A stretch of 64,000 nt of DNA. Source: Macrostomum lignano (taxonomy: Eukaryota). Below, in pieces: positions 1 through 11,182 of the stretch; position 1 is the first letter of the stretch; each line of letters starts with the position of its first letter. A program made the translations under genes and the position numbers. Location: contig NIVC01000284.1 in assembly GCA_002269645.1 (NCBI GenBank), positions 124,001 through 188,000 on the forward strand, given 5' to 3'. The notes beneath the pieces were generated by a model that ran no database searches, was not told where the DNA came from, and saw only the letters and a list, made by a program, of their open reading frames with translations.

Positions 1-129
1 TCTAATTCCCGGAACTATTTTTGCATAGATTCTAAATTTGAAGTCATGCTCAAACAAAAACTTGTTAACAGTTAGGAAAAGGGCAAAGATGGGAGTAATG
101 CATGTTAAACTAAGATTTGAGGCCTTTGC

Positions 130-790
130 AAATTCTCTCCATTCCTCAATCTTCTCATCCTCTTTTTCTTTTCTCTCTCATCCCTTATCCCTTCTCTCTT
201 TCCTCTCCTCTCTCCTCTCTTTCCTCTCCTCTCCCATCTCTTCTGTCTCCTCTCTACATTCTTATCTCTCCTCTCGTCTCTCTCCATTCCACTCTACTCT
301 CTCATCTTATCTTCCCTCTCGTCTCTCTCCACTCTACTCTCTCATCTTATCTCTCCTCTCTTTTCTACTCTCTCATCTCTCCTCTCATCTCCTCTTTATC
401 CTCTCTTCTCTCATCTACTCTCTCCTCTTTCCTCTCTTCTGATCTCATCCATCATCTTTTCTTTCCTCTTTCCTCTCATCTCCTCTTCTCTCTCATCTCT
501 TTTTCCTCCCTCAGCTTTTCTCTCCTCTTCTATCTTTTCTCCCATCGCATCGCTCGCCTCTCCTCTGTTTGCTTATCTCTAATCTTCTATTCCCTCTACT
601 TTGAAGTAAGAAAATATGCACATTTTTTTGCTGAAGATAAGAGGAGAGAAGAGGGCATTGAGGAGAAAGGGTAGAGAGAAAGGGGGAGAAGAGAGGAGAG
701 TAAAAATGAGAGGAGAGAGAAGAGGGAAAAGGGGGGAGAGAGAGAAGAGGGGAGGCAAGGTAGAGAAGAAGAGAGAGATGAGAGTTGAAG
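130..790. repeat. CT-rich tract (130-580) followed by GA-rich tract (640-790)
   Basis: Low-complexity polypyrimidine then polypurine sequence. Confidence 0.9.
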
Positions 791-889
791 AGACACCAAC
801 CTTGCTACTCGTAGTTAGGAAGTTTCAAAGAACCCGAGGGGCGAGGGCCAGATAGAGGGGCTTCGCGAGCCGGAGTTTGCCAACCCCTG
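787..889 (-). mobile_element. hAT/MITE-like terminus
   Basis: Minus strand reads CAGGGGTTGGCAAACTCCGGCTCGCGAAGCCCC...GGCCC, a typical hAT-MITE terminal pattern. Partner terminus not found in the window. Confidence 0.4.
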
Positions 890-1029
890 CTCCAGAGTTT
901 AGGAAATCAATGGGAAAATGTTGACGCGGGCTTCTGATTTCAAAGATCTTGTCTGTGGTTGAAGGCTTCTATTCTGTTTTTGCTCTCCTGCCACACTTGC
1001 ACCTACTACCCCCTGATTGCCTCTGATTG

Positions 1030-1900
1030 TGACTTACTTCCCTCTTATTGCGACTTAGTTGCTTCTTTTTGCGACTTACCTAATCCTTTTTGCGACTTAC
1101 TTAATCCTTTTTGCAACTTACATAATCCTTTTGCGACTTACCTAACCCTTTTACGACTTACCTAATCCTTTTTGCGACTTACTTAATCCTTTTTGCGACT
1201 TACTTAATCCTTTTGCGACTTACCTAACCCTTTTACGACTTACCTAATCCTTTTTGCGACTTACTTAATCCTTTTTGCGACTTACTTAATCCTTTTGCGA
1301 CTTACCTAATCCTTTTTGCGACTTAGCTGATCCTTTTGCGACTTACCTAACCCTTTTGCGACTTACCTAACCCTTTTGCGACTTACCTAACCCTTTGTGA
1401 CTTACCTAATCCTTTTTGCGACTTACCTAATCCTTTTTGCGACTTACCTAACCCTTTTGCGACTTACCTAATCCTTTTTGCGACTTACCTGATTATTTTT
1501 ACGACTTAGCTGATCCTTTTTGCGACTTACCTAATCCTTTTTGCGACTTACCTAATCCTTTTTGCGACTTACCTAATCCTTTTTGCGACTTACCTGATCC
1601 TTTTTGCGACTTACCTAATCCTTTTTGCGACTTACCTAACCCTTTTGCGACTTACCTAATCCTTTTTGCGACTTAGCTGATCCTTTTGCGACTTACCTAA
1701 CCCTTTTGCGACTTACCTAACCCTTTGTGACTTACCTAATCCTTTTTGCGACTTACCTAATCCTTTTTGCGACTTACCTAACCCTTTTGCGACTTACCTG
1801 ATCCTTTTTGCGACTTAGTTTGCTTCTTTTGCGACTTACCTGATCCTTTTTGCGACTTACCTGATTATTTTTACAACTTAGTTTGCTTCTTTTGCGAATA
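1030..1900. repeat. Minisatellite, 21-22 bp unit tttttgcgacttacctaatcc
   Basis: About 40 tandem copies, seen directly. Confidence 0.95.
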
Positions 1901-2458
1901 GTTTTTCTTTTGCTTCACGATTTTCCCTGAACTGCTCTTTCTTTCGCTTTCCTCTTGCCTTTCTTGGTTGTTGTGTTTTTCTGTTTTTGGTTGACTCAAT
2001 TTTGCGACTTACCCCTGGTCAGCCACGATTTACGGTGGCCGGATCGGCCAGGTCGGCCAGCAGTTGCGCATGTATGTTGCAAGGTTTTGGCTACAGATCC
2101 AAGCCACAATGTGACACATTACAATGCTAGCTGCCAAGTTGCCACACTGTCGCGTCGCGCAACACAACGCATGATGACACCAGGTTTCCATAGTGTCGCG
2201 CAACGTGACAACCATTTGACACCACTGTTGTGCAACGCGACACCAGGAGAATCCGAAAATGCAATGGACAGTTGTCTGTGTTTTGTTAACTTATTCCAAT
2301 AGGGCAACAGAGTTTTGATGCAAATTGCATGTTGTGCTCTCAGGTGGTAGGGGCTAATGTTCAGATGAATATTGTCACTTTTCAATGCAGAGGCCAGAGC
2401 TTTCAAGTCTTTTGGGTTGATGACTTAAACAATAAGAGTTTTAACACATGCTTAGGCA

Positions 2459-2793
2459 TAACCTAGGGATTTACCCGGCTGTTTCTATTGGCAACACACA
2501 TGTAAGTCACTATTGAATAGAATAGTAGTCATGTGACTGCTCTCAGCCAATAGCAACTTACATGTGTGTGTTGCCAATAGAAATGGCTGAGTGATTCCCA
2601 AGGTTTTGCATAAGGTTGGATAGTAAGGTTATATACATGTGCAACCTTGGTATTCACTTGGTCATTTCTATTGGCAACATATAATACATATAAGTTGCTA
2701 TTGGCTGAGAGTAGCCACATGACTACTATTCTGTCTAATAGTGACATACATGTGTATTGCCAATAGAAATGGCCAAGTGAATCCCAAGGTTGC
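2459..2793. repeat. Two about 150-bp foldback units in inverted orientation (MITE-like)
   Basis: Unit A about 2459-2607 and unit B 2641-2793. Each is bounded by its own inverted repeat (tttctattggcaa...ttgccaatagaaa), and B is the reverse complement of A. Confidence 0.75.
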
Positions 2794-3332
2794 TCCCAAG
2801 CATAGACACTCTATAGACACTCAAATTTTATTTTATTGATTTCATGCAAAATGGGTTTATAGCATAGCAGCTTTTTAGGAGCTTGTTTGTTTATGATTAA
2901 TGCTTCTTCAATAAAAATTTATGAAAATAATAGTTGTTTTTAGATTATTTATAGTCTAGCTATAAATATGAAATTATTCTATTTTAACCCTAAATGTTTA
3001 AGATTTTAGTTTAATCAAATTAACTTGTTTTAACTTTAAAATGAAATGAAAATAAATATTAATTTATGTGGATATATCCTTTGAATTTTCTTAATTAGAG
3101 ATCATATGATTAAATAAATATAAAGGTGGCTTTCTTCATTGAGGTGTTTAAAAGGAACACATTTATATTAGTCCTACACTTTATATTCATGTGATTTTAT
3201 AAACTATATTCATTAAAAATTTTGGTCAGTTTGTTATATATTTGTATGAATTATAGGAAATCAGTTTTAAACACCACAAAGTTAATCTTTTTGTCAAAAA
3301 GTAATCTATTATCTTGTCCAACAACACAACAG

Positions 3333-6300
3333 GCGATAGTGATGCAACTGCTCAACCAGAGCCTCAGCAGCAGACAATGATAACTGAGCCAGTGCACCAG
3401 CAGTCTCAGTCAGAGCCATCGCCTCCCAGTGCTACTGAGACACCAACAACTGCCACTGTTCTTAGCGATGAGCAACAGCCGGCTATTAATATTCCCGATT
3501 TCTCTCAGTCTGCACCGCAGCAGCAGTTGGAAAATCAACCTCCATCTTCAGACTTGGACGCCAATGGTAGTTTTGAACAGCCTATGGTAAGCATTAGCAA
3601 GACGTTTTGTCTACTGAATATTTTATTTAAAAGATATTAATATGAATAAATTGTTTCATTTTTGTAGGCTACTGAGCCTGAAGCTGCTATTCAACCCGAA
3701 CCTGAAGCTGCTATTCAACCTGAACCTGAAGCTGCTATTCAACCTGAACCTGAAGCTGCTATTCATCCTGAACCTGAAGCTGCTATTCATCCTGAACCTG
3801 AAGCTGTTATTCAACCTGAACCCATTGAACCTATTAAGTCGGACAATGATTTACAAACGTCTACCCAACCGATGGAGCCTTCCGTAGCCCCTACTGTTGA
3901 TGCTGCTGGTACTGTTGTTGAACCTCCTACAGAGACTGAAATAGCAGTAGCCGAATCTAACAAGCAAGAAGAAGAAGAAAAGTCTTTGCAGAAGCAACCA
4001 ACTGAGCCAATGGAAACTGAGCCTGAACCCGAATCGGAGCCTGCTCCAGATAGTCTGCAGCCAACAACAACTGAACAGGATAAAGAGTTGGACTCCGACA
4101 AGAAAGACAAAGAGGAAGCCAGATCGGAATCGCCGTCGCATCGGAAACGCCGGCATCGAAGTCCTTCTCCTAGCGGCAGCGGAGATCACGGCGGACAGCA
4201 GCAGCAGCAGCAACAGGCTGAACAGAGCAAGCGATCCAAGACGTCTGCTTCAGCCTCTTCATCGTCGCGCCACCAGCATCATCGCCACGGCAGCAGTAGC
4301 AGCGGCAACCGGCGTCATCGATCCTCTAGACGATCTCGTTCGCGTTCTAGATCACCAAGATCCAAATCTAGATCGCGGTCTAGATCTCGCTCGGCCCGGT
4401 CTAGATCTCGTTCACCGGCCAGAGCGTCCGGTTCCGCGCCAGCTGGCGGCGCCGATTCAAATGCCGCTGTTGACGCCGAAGTTGCCGACATGCTGGGCCC
4501 AGAATCCCCAGGCTGGGAGTTGGACACGCAACTAGCGGCTAAGCCTCGCTTAGATCCCTATCATTGCGATCTGCATCTGAAAGTCGGTTGGCCAGATTTG
4601 CTGCACGCTCGTCCAGTTGCTGACGAAGGTTTCGCATTCTGTTGGGCCGGCTGCCGGGCTACTCACGGATTAGTTGTGTCGGCTGAGCAGCGGCCACTGA
4701 GAGTCTGGTACGAGGCTAAAGTGACTAAAAAGGTTGAAGATCTGAGGCTGCCCAGTAGCGAACCAGATCGGTGCGCTATTCGATTCGGCTGGATGGCTGA
4801 CGGTATTGGGACCGATTTTCAGTTGGGTATGTCTGCGCAAATGTTTATTTAGTAGGTATATCCATGTGGGAAGAAATGACTAAATTATAGTACTTACAGT
4901 AATTACAGTAGCATACCTATTTTGGGAATTAGTGACACCAGAAATACCCTAGATTAGGGATTAGTGACTCACTTGAATTATAGATTAGGGATTAGTGACT
5001 CATCTGAATTACCCTAGAATATGGATTAGTGATTCACCTTAATTACCCTAGATTAGAGATTATTGACTCACCTGAATTACCCTAGCTTAGGGATTATTGA
5101 CTCACCTTAATTACCCTAGCTTAGGGATTATTGACTCACCTTTATTACCCTAGCTTAGGGATTAGTGACTCGCCTTAATTACCCTTTTTTTTATTAGAGG
5201 CAGGGAGGTTGTGTGCACCCTGGCGCACTTTAAGCGACATGGGCACACAACCGGCGAGAGGCATTACTGCCCATTCCGCCGACTCCCCTGAGCAGGCATA
5301 CAAGCGCGCGGATACGTACGCAGGCACACACTCACACAGGAGTGTACAGCGGCCCTAATTTTATATTATCATTAGGCATGTACACTTCACTGCGCCTTGG
5401 GGGGTTGGCTCTCAAGGCCGTTAATTGCACGAGCAGAGCCAAGCCGAGATTCCAATTCAGCCCCAAATTAATGTGACTGCACTTGGAATCGAGCCTGGGT
5501 CGCTGGCACACCAGAGCAGCTGCGCTACCGCTGGGCTACGGCCCCCCTACCTTAATTACCCTAGATTAGAGATTATTGACTCACCTGAATTACCCTAGAT
5601 TAGGGATTAGTGACTCATCTTCACTATAAGCCACAGACAATAAACATGATGACCAAACAATTCGGACTGGAGTTTCTGATCCCCCCAAATTATTGATGCA
5701 AAACAATGCTTTGCATTCAGTGTCTGATGTTAATGCTTAATTAAATTTAAGTTATCAATTTATCTACAACGAAGTTTTAAATAATATCCCTAAGGTTTTT
5801 TTCTATTTTAATTTACTAAGGTGAAGCTCCAGACTCCTACGGATACGAAAGCACTGGCAAGCGTTGCGCTAATGGTGTGTTTGAAAAGTACGGCCAGCCC
5901 TTTAATATTGGAGACGTTGTAGCCTGTTATGCTGTGAGTTGACTTTAAATCATTGTTTTTATTGTCCATCTTTTTGTCTAGGCTTCTTTTTTTAAGTTAA
6001 AGGCATTAATTAATGTGATGAAAATGCGAGACTAAATTGGAGCGTATACGCTGTGATTGACATGCTTAATCTTTTCTGATATTTAATAATGCCCAGTTTT
6101 TTTAAACATGTTTACGTTTAATTATACAACTTTATTGGCCCTAGTTATATCAAATTTTAATTTGTTTTGATGGTTTATGTTAAGTTTTCTTTCAAGGATC
6201 ATCTGAATTAGATTAATTAGTGACTCACCTGAAGTACCTGAATGCAATATACTGAGATTAGTGACTCACCTGAAGTACCTGAATGCAATATACTGGGATT

Positions 6301-9300
6301 AGTGACTCATCTGAAGTACCTGAATGCAATATACTGGGATTAGTGACTCACCTGGAGTACCTAAATGCAATATCATGGGATTAGTGACTCATCTGAAGTA
6401 CCTGAATGCAATATCCTGGGATTAGTGACTCCCTGAAGTACCTGAATGCAATATCCTGGGATTATTGACTCCCTGAAGTATCTGAATGCAATATCATGGG
6501 ATTAGTGACTCCCTGAAGTATCTGAATGAAATATCATGGGATTAGTGACTCATCTGAAGTACCTGAATGCAATATCCTGGGATTAGTGACTCCCTGAAGT
6601 ACCTGAATGCAATATCCTGGGATTATTGACTCCCTGAAGTATCTGAATGCAATATCATGGGATTAGTGACTCCCTGAAGTACCTGAATGCAATATCCTGG
6701 GATTAGTGACTCATCTGAAGTACCTGAATGCAATATTATGGAATTAGTGACTCACCTAAAGTATCTGAATGCAATATCATGGGATTAGTGACTCACCTGA
6801 AGTACCTGAATGCAATATCCTGAGATTAGTGACTCACCTGAAGTACCTGAATGCAATATCCTGAGATTAGTGACTCACCTGAAGTACCTGAATGCAATAT
6901 ACTGGGATTAGTGACTCACCTGAAGTACCTGAATGCAATATCATGGGATTAGTGACTCACCTGAAGCATCTGAATGCAATATACTGGGATTAGTGACTCA
7001 CCTGAATGCAATATTATGGAATTAGTGACTCATCTGAAGTAGGTTATTTTCATTCATCTCAAGTTCCACAAATACGAGCATATGATGAAAATAAGACAAA
7101 ACATTGATGCTGTATTGTATTTAAATCAATACACTTTATGATTTGCATGCTTAATCTTTTCTGATGCTTATGAACTACGGGGCATATTAATAAGGTCCTT
7201 TTTATAACTATATCTTTTTCTTAATGGAATGATGAAACCCTAACGGACTAGAGTCTCAGACTAAAAAAACTGATCGACAATATGCATTCCGTTTCTGACC
7301 TAAAAATTTAATGCTTTATATCTAATCTAATAATCTGTACTTTTACAGTTATAAAAAAGTATCTTGCATGATGAAACCCTAACGGACTAGAGTCTCAGAC
7401 AACAACAAACTGTCATGATCGACAATTTGCATTCCGTTTCTGATATTTATAACTTGCATGTCCGATTAGCTTGCTTTCAGTAGTATGATAGTAATAAGCA
7501 AGAAATCAATCTTTGTTTTTGGCTTAGGATTTCCCAACTGGCACCGATTCTGTCTATCTGTCATTCGCCGTCAATGGTCGGTATCAGGGCGCCGCTTTTG
7601 CTATCAAACAACCATCGGATTCTATGCCAGACATGCCATCAGCAACTGCACTGTTTCCCTGTATAGTGGCTAAGAATCTGGCCTTCTCTGTACAGTTTGG
7701 CAGTAGCTCTACTAATGGTGAGGAAGCTTATTGGTTTGCTGCTCCGCCAACGATTATTGATGCTACTGAGCAAGCTACTGTGGAAGACAAACCGCAAACT
7801 GAAGAAGCCGATAATAATAAAGCTACTAACGAATCTACTGAGGCTGAGGAGACTACGTCGAAAGTTGAACAACGTTTAGATCCAAGGCCTAGCGACTATG
7901 AGTTGCCTAGCGAGGACTGGGTCAGTCTGGAGCAAGCGATGCAGACTAAATCTGACTGCGTGGTTCGAGCCGCTCCGCCGCCTCCTGACAAGGCCAGCTG
8001 CGAGGTTATTTTTATGGTTGGTCTGCCCGGCTCTGGCAAGACGCATTGGGTCCGGCAGCATCTGGCTAGTCATCCTGACAAGCGATACACCATATTGGCT
8101 AGCTATTCTGTGCTGGATAAGATGAGTGTAAGTGATTTGCTGGCTGCTGTAATAGCTTTTGTTGCTTTTTTCCAGCCTCCCAGATCCTCAGTTGCTGGGC
8201 CGCCAGCCTCCCAGATCCTCAGTTGCTGGGGCACCAGACTCCCAGATCCTCAGTTGCTGGGGCACCAGCCTCCCAGATCCTCAGTTGCTGGGCCAGACTC
8301 CCAGATCCTCAGTTGCTGGGCCAGACTCCCAGATCCTCAGTTGCTGGGCCAGACTCCCAGATCCTCAGTTGCTGGGCCAGACTCCCAGATCCTCAGTTGC
8401 TGGCCGCCAGCCTCCCAGATCCTCAGTTGCTGGGCCAGACTCCCAGATCCTCAGTTGCTGGGCACCAGACTCCCAGATCCTCAGTTGCTGGGCACCAGAC
8501 TCCCAGATCCTCAGTTGCTGGGCCAGACTCCCAGATCCTCAGTTGCTGGGCCAGCCTCCCAGATCCTCAGTTGCTGGGCCAACCTCCCAGATCCTCAGTT
8601 GCTGGGCCAACCTCCCAGATCCTGAGTTGCTGGGCCAGACTCCCAGATCCTCAGTTGCTGGGCCAGACTCCCTAATCCCCTAGGACTCTGCGCACAGCCT
8701 AGAGCCGCGGTGACTTCAATATTCAATTGATCGTATCACCAACGGTGTAGTAACTGTGCAATAGTATTTTTGTTCCTAAAAAAGGACCAACTGGCAAATC
8801 GCTAGGGGCAATAATTCTTAACAGTTTCGAATTGTTATCAGTAGTATTGCCTTTTAGTAATTTGGCAAACAGTTATTTGTTTATCAATATTGAGCATTTC
8901 ATAATGTTTATATTAATTGATTTCGTTCTCAGGTGGCCGGCCAGTCCAGGCGCGACCTGACTCACCCGCAGCGCTGGCAACTGTTCCCTCAGCGGGCCAC
9001 CGCTTGCGTTGCCACCCTATGCCAGCTGGCTGCCCTTCGCCGAAGGAATTACATCATCGATTTGGTGAGACTAATATTTCTTTTTTTCGAGTTTTTGCTG
9101 CATAAAACAGTGAATATATATGTATGTATTGTTTATATTTATTATACAATTCATATATTGTCCACGCATTTCCTCTCGCCTCCGCTGACTTTTCTTTTAA
9201 ATTATGCGCATACTAGCTACTTATATGTTAGTAGTAGTAGGGAGCATCATCCGCAACGAGAATGACCGGACCCAGTGATTGATTTCTCTGTCCTGCCTCC

Positions 9301-11182
9301 CAGTCCCGCATTCAACCCTCGTGTGTGAGAGCCGAGAGCTGACGTACCACAGCGGAGCTGCAACTTGCAAGACCAGAAAACAGAAAAACGATCTCTCTCT
9401 CTCCCCCTTCATTTTTTTATTTAACGCCGAACCGAAGACCAACGTTGTACCAGCCGGCCAAGCCCAGCGTATCCGGCCATTCGCCGGTTTTAGGCGTGCC
9501 GCCGTTGTTATTGTACCGTCGGCTAAGGATTCCGCCGAACGGCTAGCCCTGCCCCGTGTTAAAGAGGTCGGCAAAGAAGTCGCGGAGTCCGACTTGCTAG
9601 AGATGAAAGGTTGCCAATGCTCATTTTTTATTGTGTTTTTTATATGTATATGTATTAATTTGTTATTTTTTGCGTCACATTCTACTGTCTATTTAAGTAG
9701 TAGGTAAAGTAAATTATAATGCTTATTTTCGTGTTTAAATTTTTGCCCTATTTTAACAGGTTTGTATTGTTAAAAAATGAAAGGAATACGCAGCGCATAC
9801 TACTTAGCTACTACTTAATGTTTTAGTAGCATCATCGAGATCGTTACCCCTCTGAATTATATTATATAGTGTGCAATTGTCAATCTCCTGAAGGTTCTCA
9901 ATATAATCCAACATCAACCCCCGCCCCCCCCCGCCTCCCTTTCCTCGAAATCGTCCAACAAACAATTCGCCCGACAGCTAAATTCGCCATACCTGATGCT
10001 GAACTATTCGACGAGTTGATATTCCCGGACCTGCCGGAGGCTGAAGCTCGAGAAGCTGTTGCCCAGTACAACAAGGAGGGCTCCGTCAAGACTGGAGGCG
10101 GCAGCAGCGGCGGTGGTGGCGGCTCATCGTCGTCTTCCCGACGCCCCGGGGGGTCCCGATTCGACAGCGGCCGCGACGACAATTCTAGTCGGGACCGAGA
10201 TCGTGACGGCCGGGATCGGGACCGGGATCGCGACCGGGACAGGGATCGGAACCGGGATCGAGGGCGAGATCACCGGGACAGAGACCGGGACCGGGATCGC
10301 GACAGGCACCGGCACGACCAGGGACGTCGAGATTTCCGCGGCGGTGGCGGTGGCGGCGGCGGCGGTGGCTTCCGCAACGATCGACGAGACTTCCGCGGAG
10401 GCGGCGGCGGCGGTTTCGGAGGCCGCGGAGGAGGAGGCGGAGGCTTCGGCCGATTCGGGGGAGGCGGTGACCATCAGTCGCACCGTCGTGACGACTTTTC
10501 TGGCGGTGGACGCTTTGGCGGCGGTGGCGGCAGATTTGATCGAGGCGGAGGCGGCGGCATCGGGGCCGGTTTCGGCAATCGGGGAGGTTACAACAGCAGG
10601 CGGGATCACCAGCCGTCTGATCGTTTCGGTGGAGGCCGAGGCGGCGGCGGTGGCGGAGGTGGTCATCGAGACGGCTGGCGTCAGCGGCCTCCAGGAGGTG
10701 GCGGCGGAGGTGGCGGAGTTGTTGGCGAGCTGATGCAACAGCAGATCCAACCTCTGCTGCCGCCGTCCATGGCACAGATGCCTGGTGGCGGCGGCGGCGG
10801 TAATCATCGATTCGGCGGCGGACGCGGCGGCGGTCGATTTGGCCAGGCGCTGCCGCCTCCACCGCCCCCGCCGCCGCAGGCTCAGCCGGCGGCTTCGCTA
10901 ATGCCGCCACCACAGCAGCAGCAGTTGGCTCAGCAGCTGGGCGCTGTGGCCGCTTTAGCTGCCCAACCGCCGCCGCCTCCGCCTCCGTTGCCGCCCCAGC
11001 AGATGCCGCAGATGTACCTGCAGCAGCAGCAGCAGCCTCAGTTCCAGCAGGCCTTTCAGCAGCAGCAGCAGCAGGGTGCTGGCGGCTCTGCCTGGGCCAC
11101 CATCGACCATCAGCACCAGTCTGCGGCTGCCGCCTTTGGCGCCCAGCCCCCACCGCAGCAGTGGCCCCCCGGTTTCAACTAA
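3333..11182 (+). CDS. HNRNPUL1: hnRNP U-like protein (SPRY + P-loop AAA_33-type domain + RGG tail); 5' end unresolved
   Basis: Hand-spliced exons 3333-3586, 3668-4826, 5821-5933, 7528-8127, 8933-9064, 9438-9609, 9978-11182. All are GT-AG with compatible phases (about 1210 codons). SPRY segments (WYEAKV..., [15 protein letters not shown]...[20 protein letters not shown]...FAVNGRYQG...LFPCIVAKN), Walker [20 protein letters not shown] and EMKAKFAIPD...YNKEG match the hnRNP U/UL1 layout as I recall it. RGG- and P/Q-rich C-terminus; TAA at 11180-11182. UL1 versus U/UL2 orthology is not resolved. Confidence 0.9.
4930..5620. repeat. Minisatellite, about 35 bp unit gattagtgactcacctgaattaccctagattaggg (interrupted by SINE)
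   Basis: Degenerate tandem copies on both sides of the SINE. Confidence 0.85.
5185..5549 (-). mobile_element. Full-length tRNA-derived SINE with poly(A) tail and 12-bp target-site duplication
   Basis: Minus strand begins GGGGGGCCGTAGCCCAGCGGTAGCGCAGC...GACCCAGGCTCGATTCC (Pol III A box TAGCCCAGCGG, B box GGCTCGATTCC) and ends CTAATAAAAAAAA. Flanked by ccttaattaccc at 5173-5184 and 5550-5561; interrupts a minisatellite unit. Confidence 0.85.
6210..7040. repeat. Minisatellite, 41 bp unit gggattagtgactcacctgaagtacctgaatgcaatatact
   Basis: About 20 tandem copies in the hnRNP U-like intron. Confidence 0.95.
7229..7443. repeat. About 70-bp direct duplication
   Basis: atgatgaaaccctaacggactagagtctcagac is identical at 7229 and 7368, each followed by tgatcgacaat.tgcattccgtttctga. 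Confidence 0.85.
8170..8670. repeat. Minisatellite, 28-34 bp unit cccagatcctcagttgctgggccagact
   Basis: Tandem copies inside intron 8128-8932. Confidence 0.95.

Noticed and set aside
1483-1491. U1 snRNA gene or pseudogene
   Set aside because: Only the 8-9 nt 5' motif matches; no U1 stem-loops or downstream body.
2119-2406. 95-aa minus ORF with ISPYH, faintly like an integrase SPYHPQ motif
   Set aside because: No DDE context or further similarity; not supportable.
5470-5549. Functional tRNA gene
   Set aside because: A/B boxes are present but I could not form a proper acceptor stem or anticodon arm; it continues into a SINE body with poly(A) and TSD.
10059-11153. Alternative-frame and antisense ORFs over the RGG exon (also 3811-4527)
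   Set aside because: Shadows of a GC-rich low-complexity coding exon.
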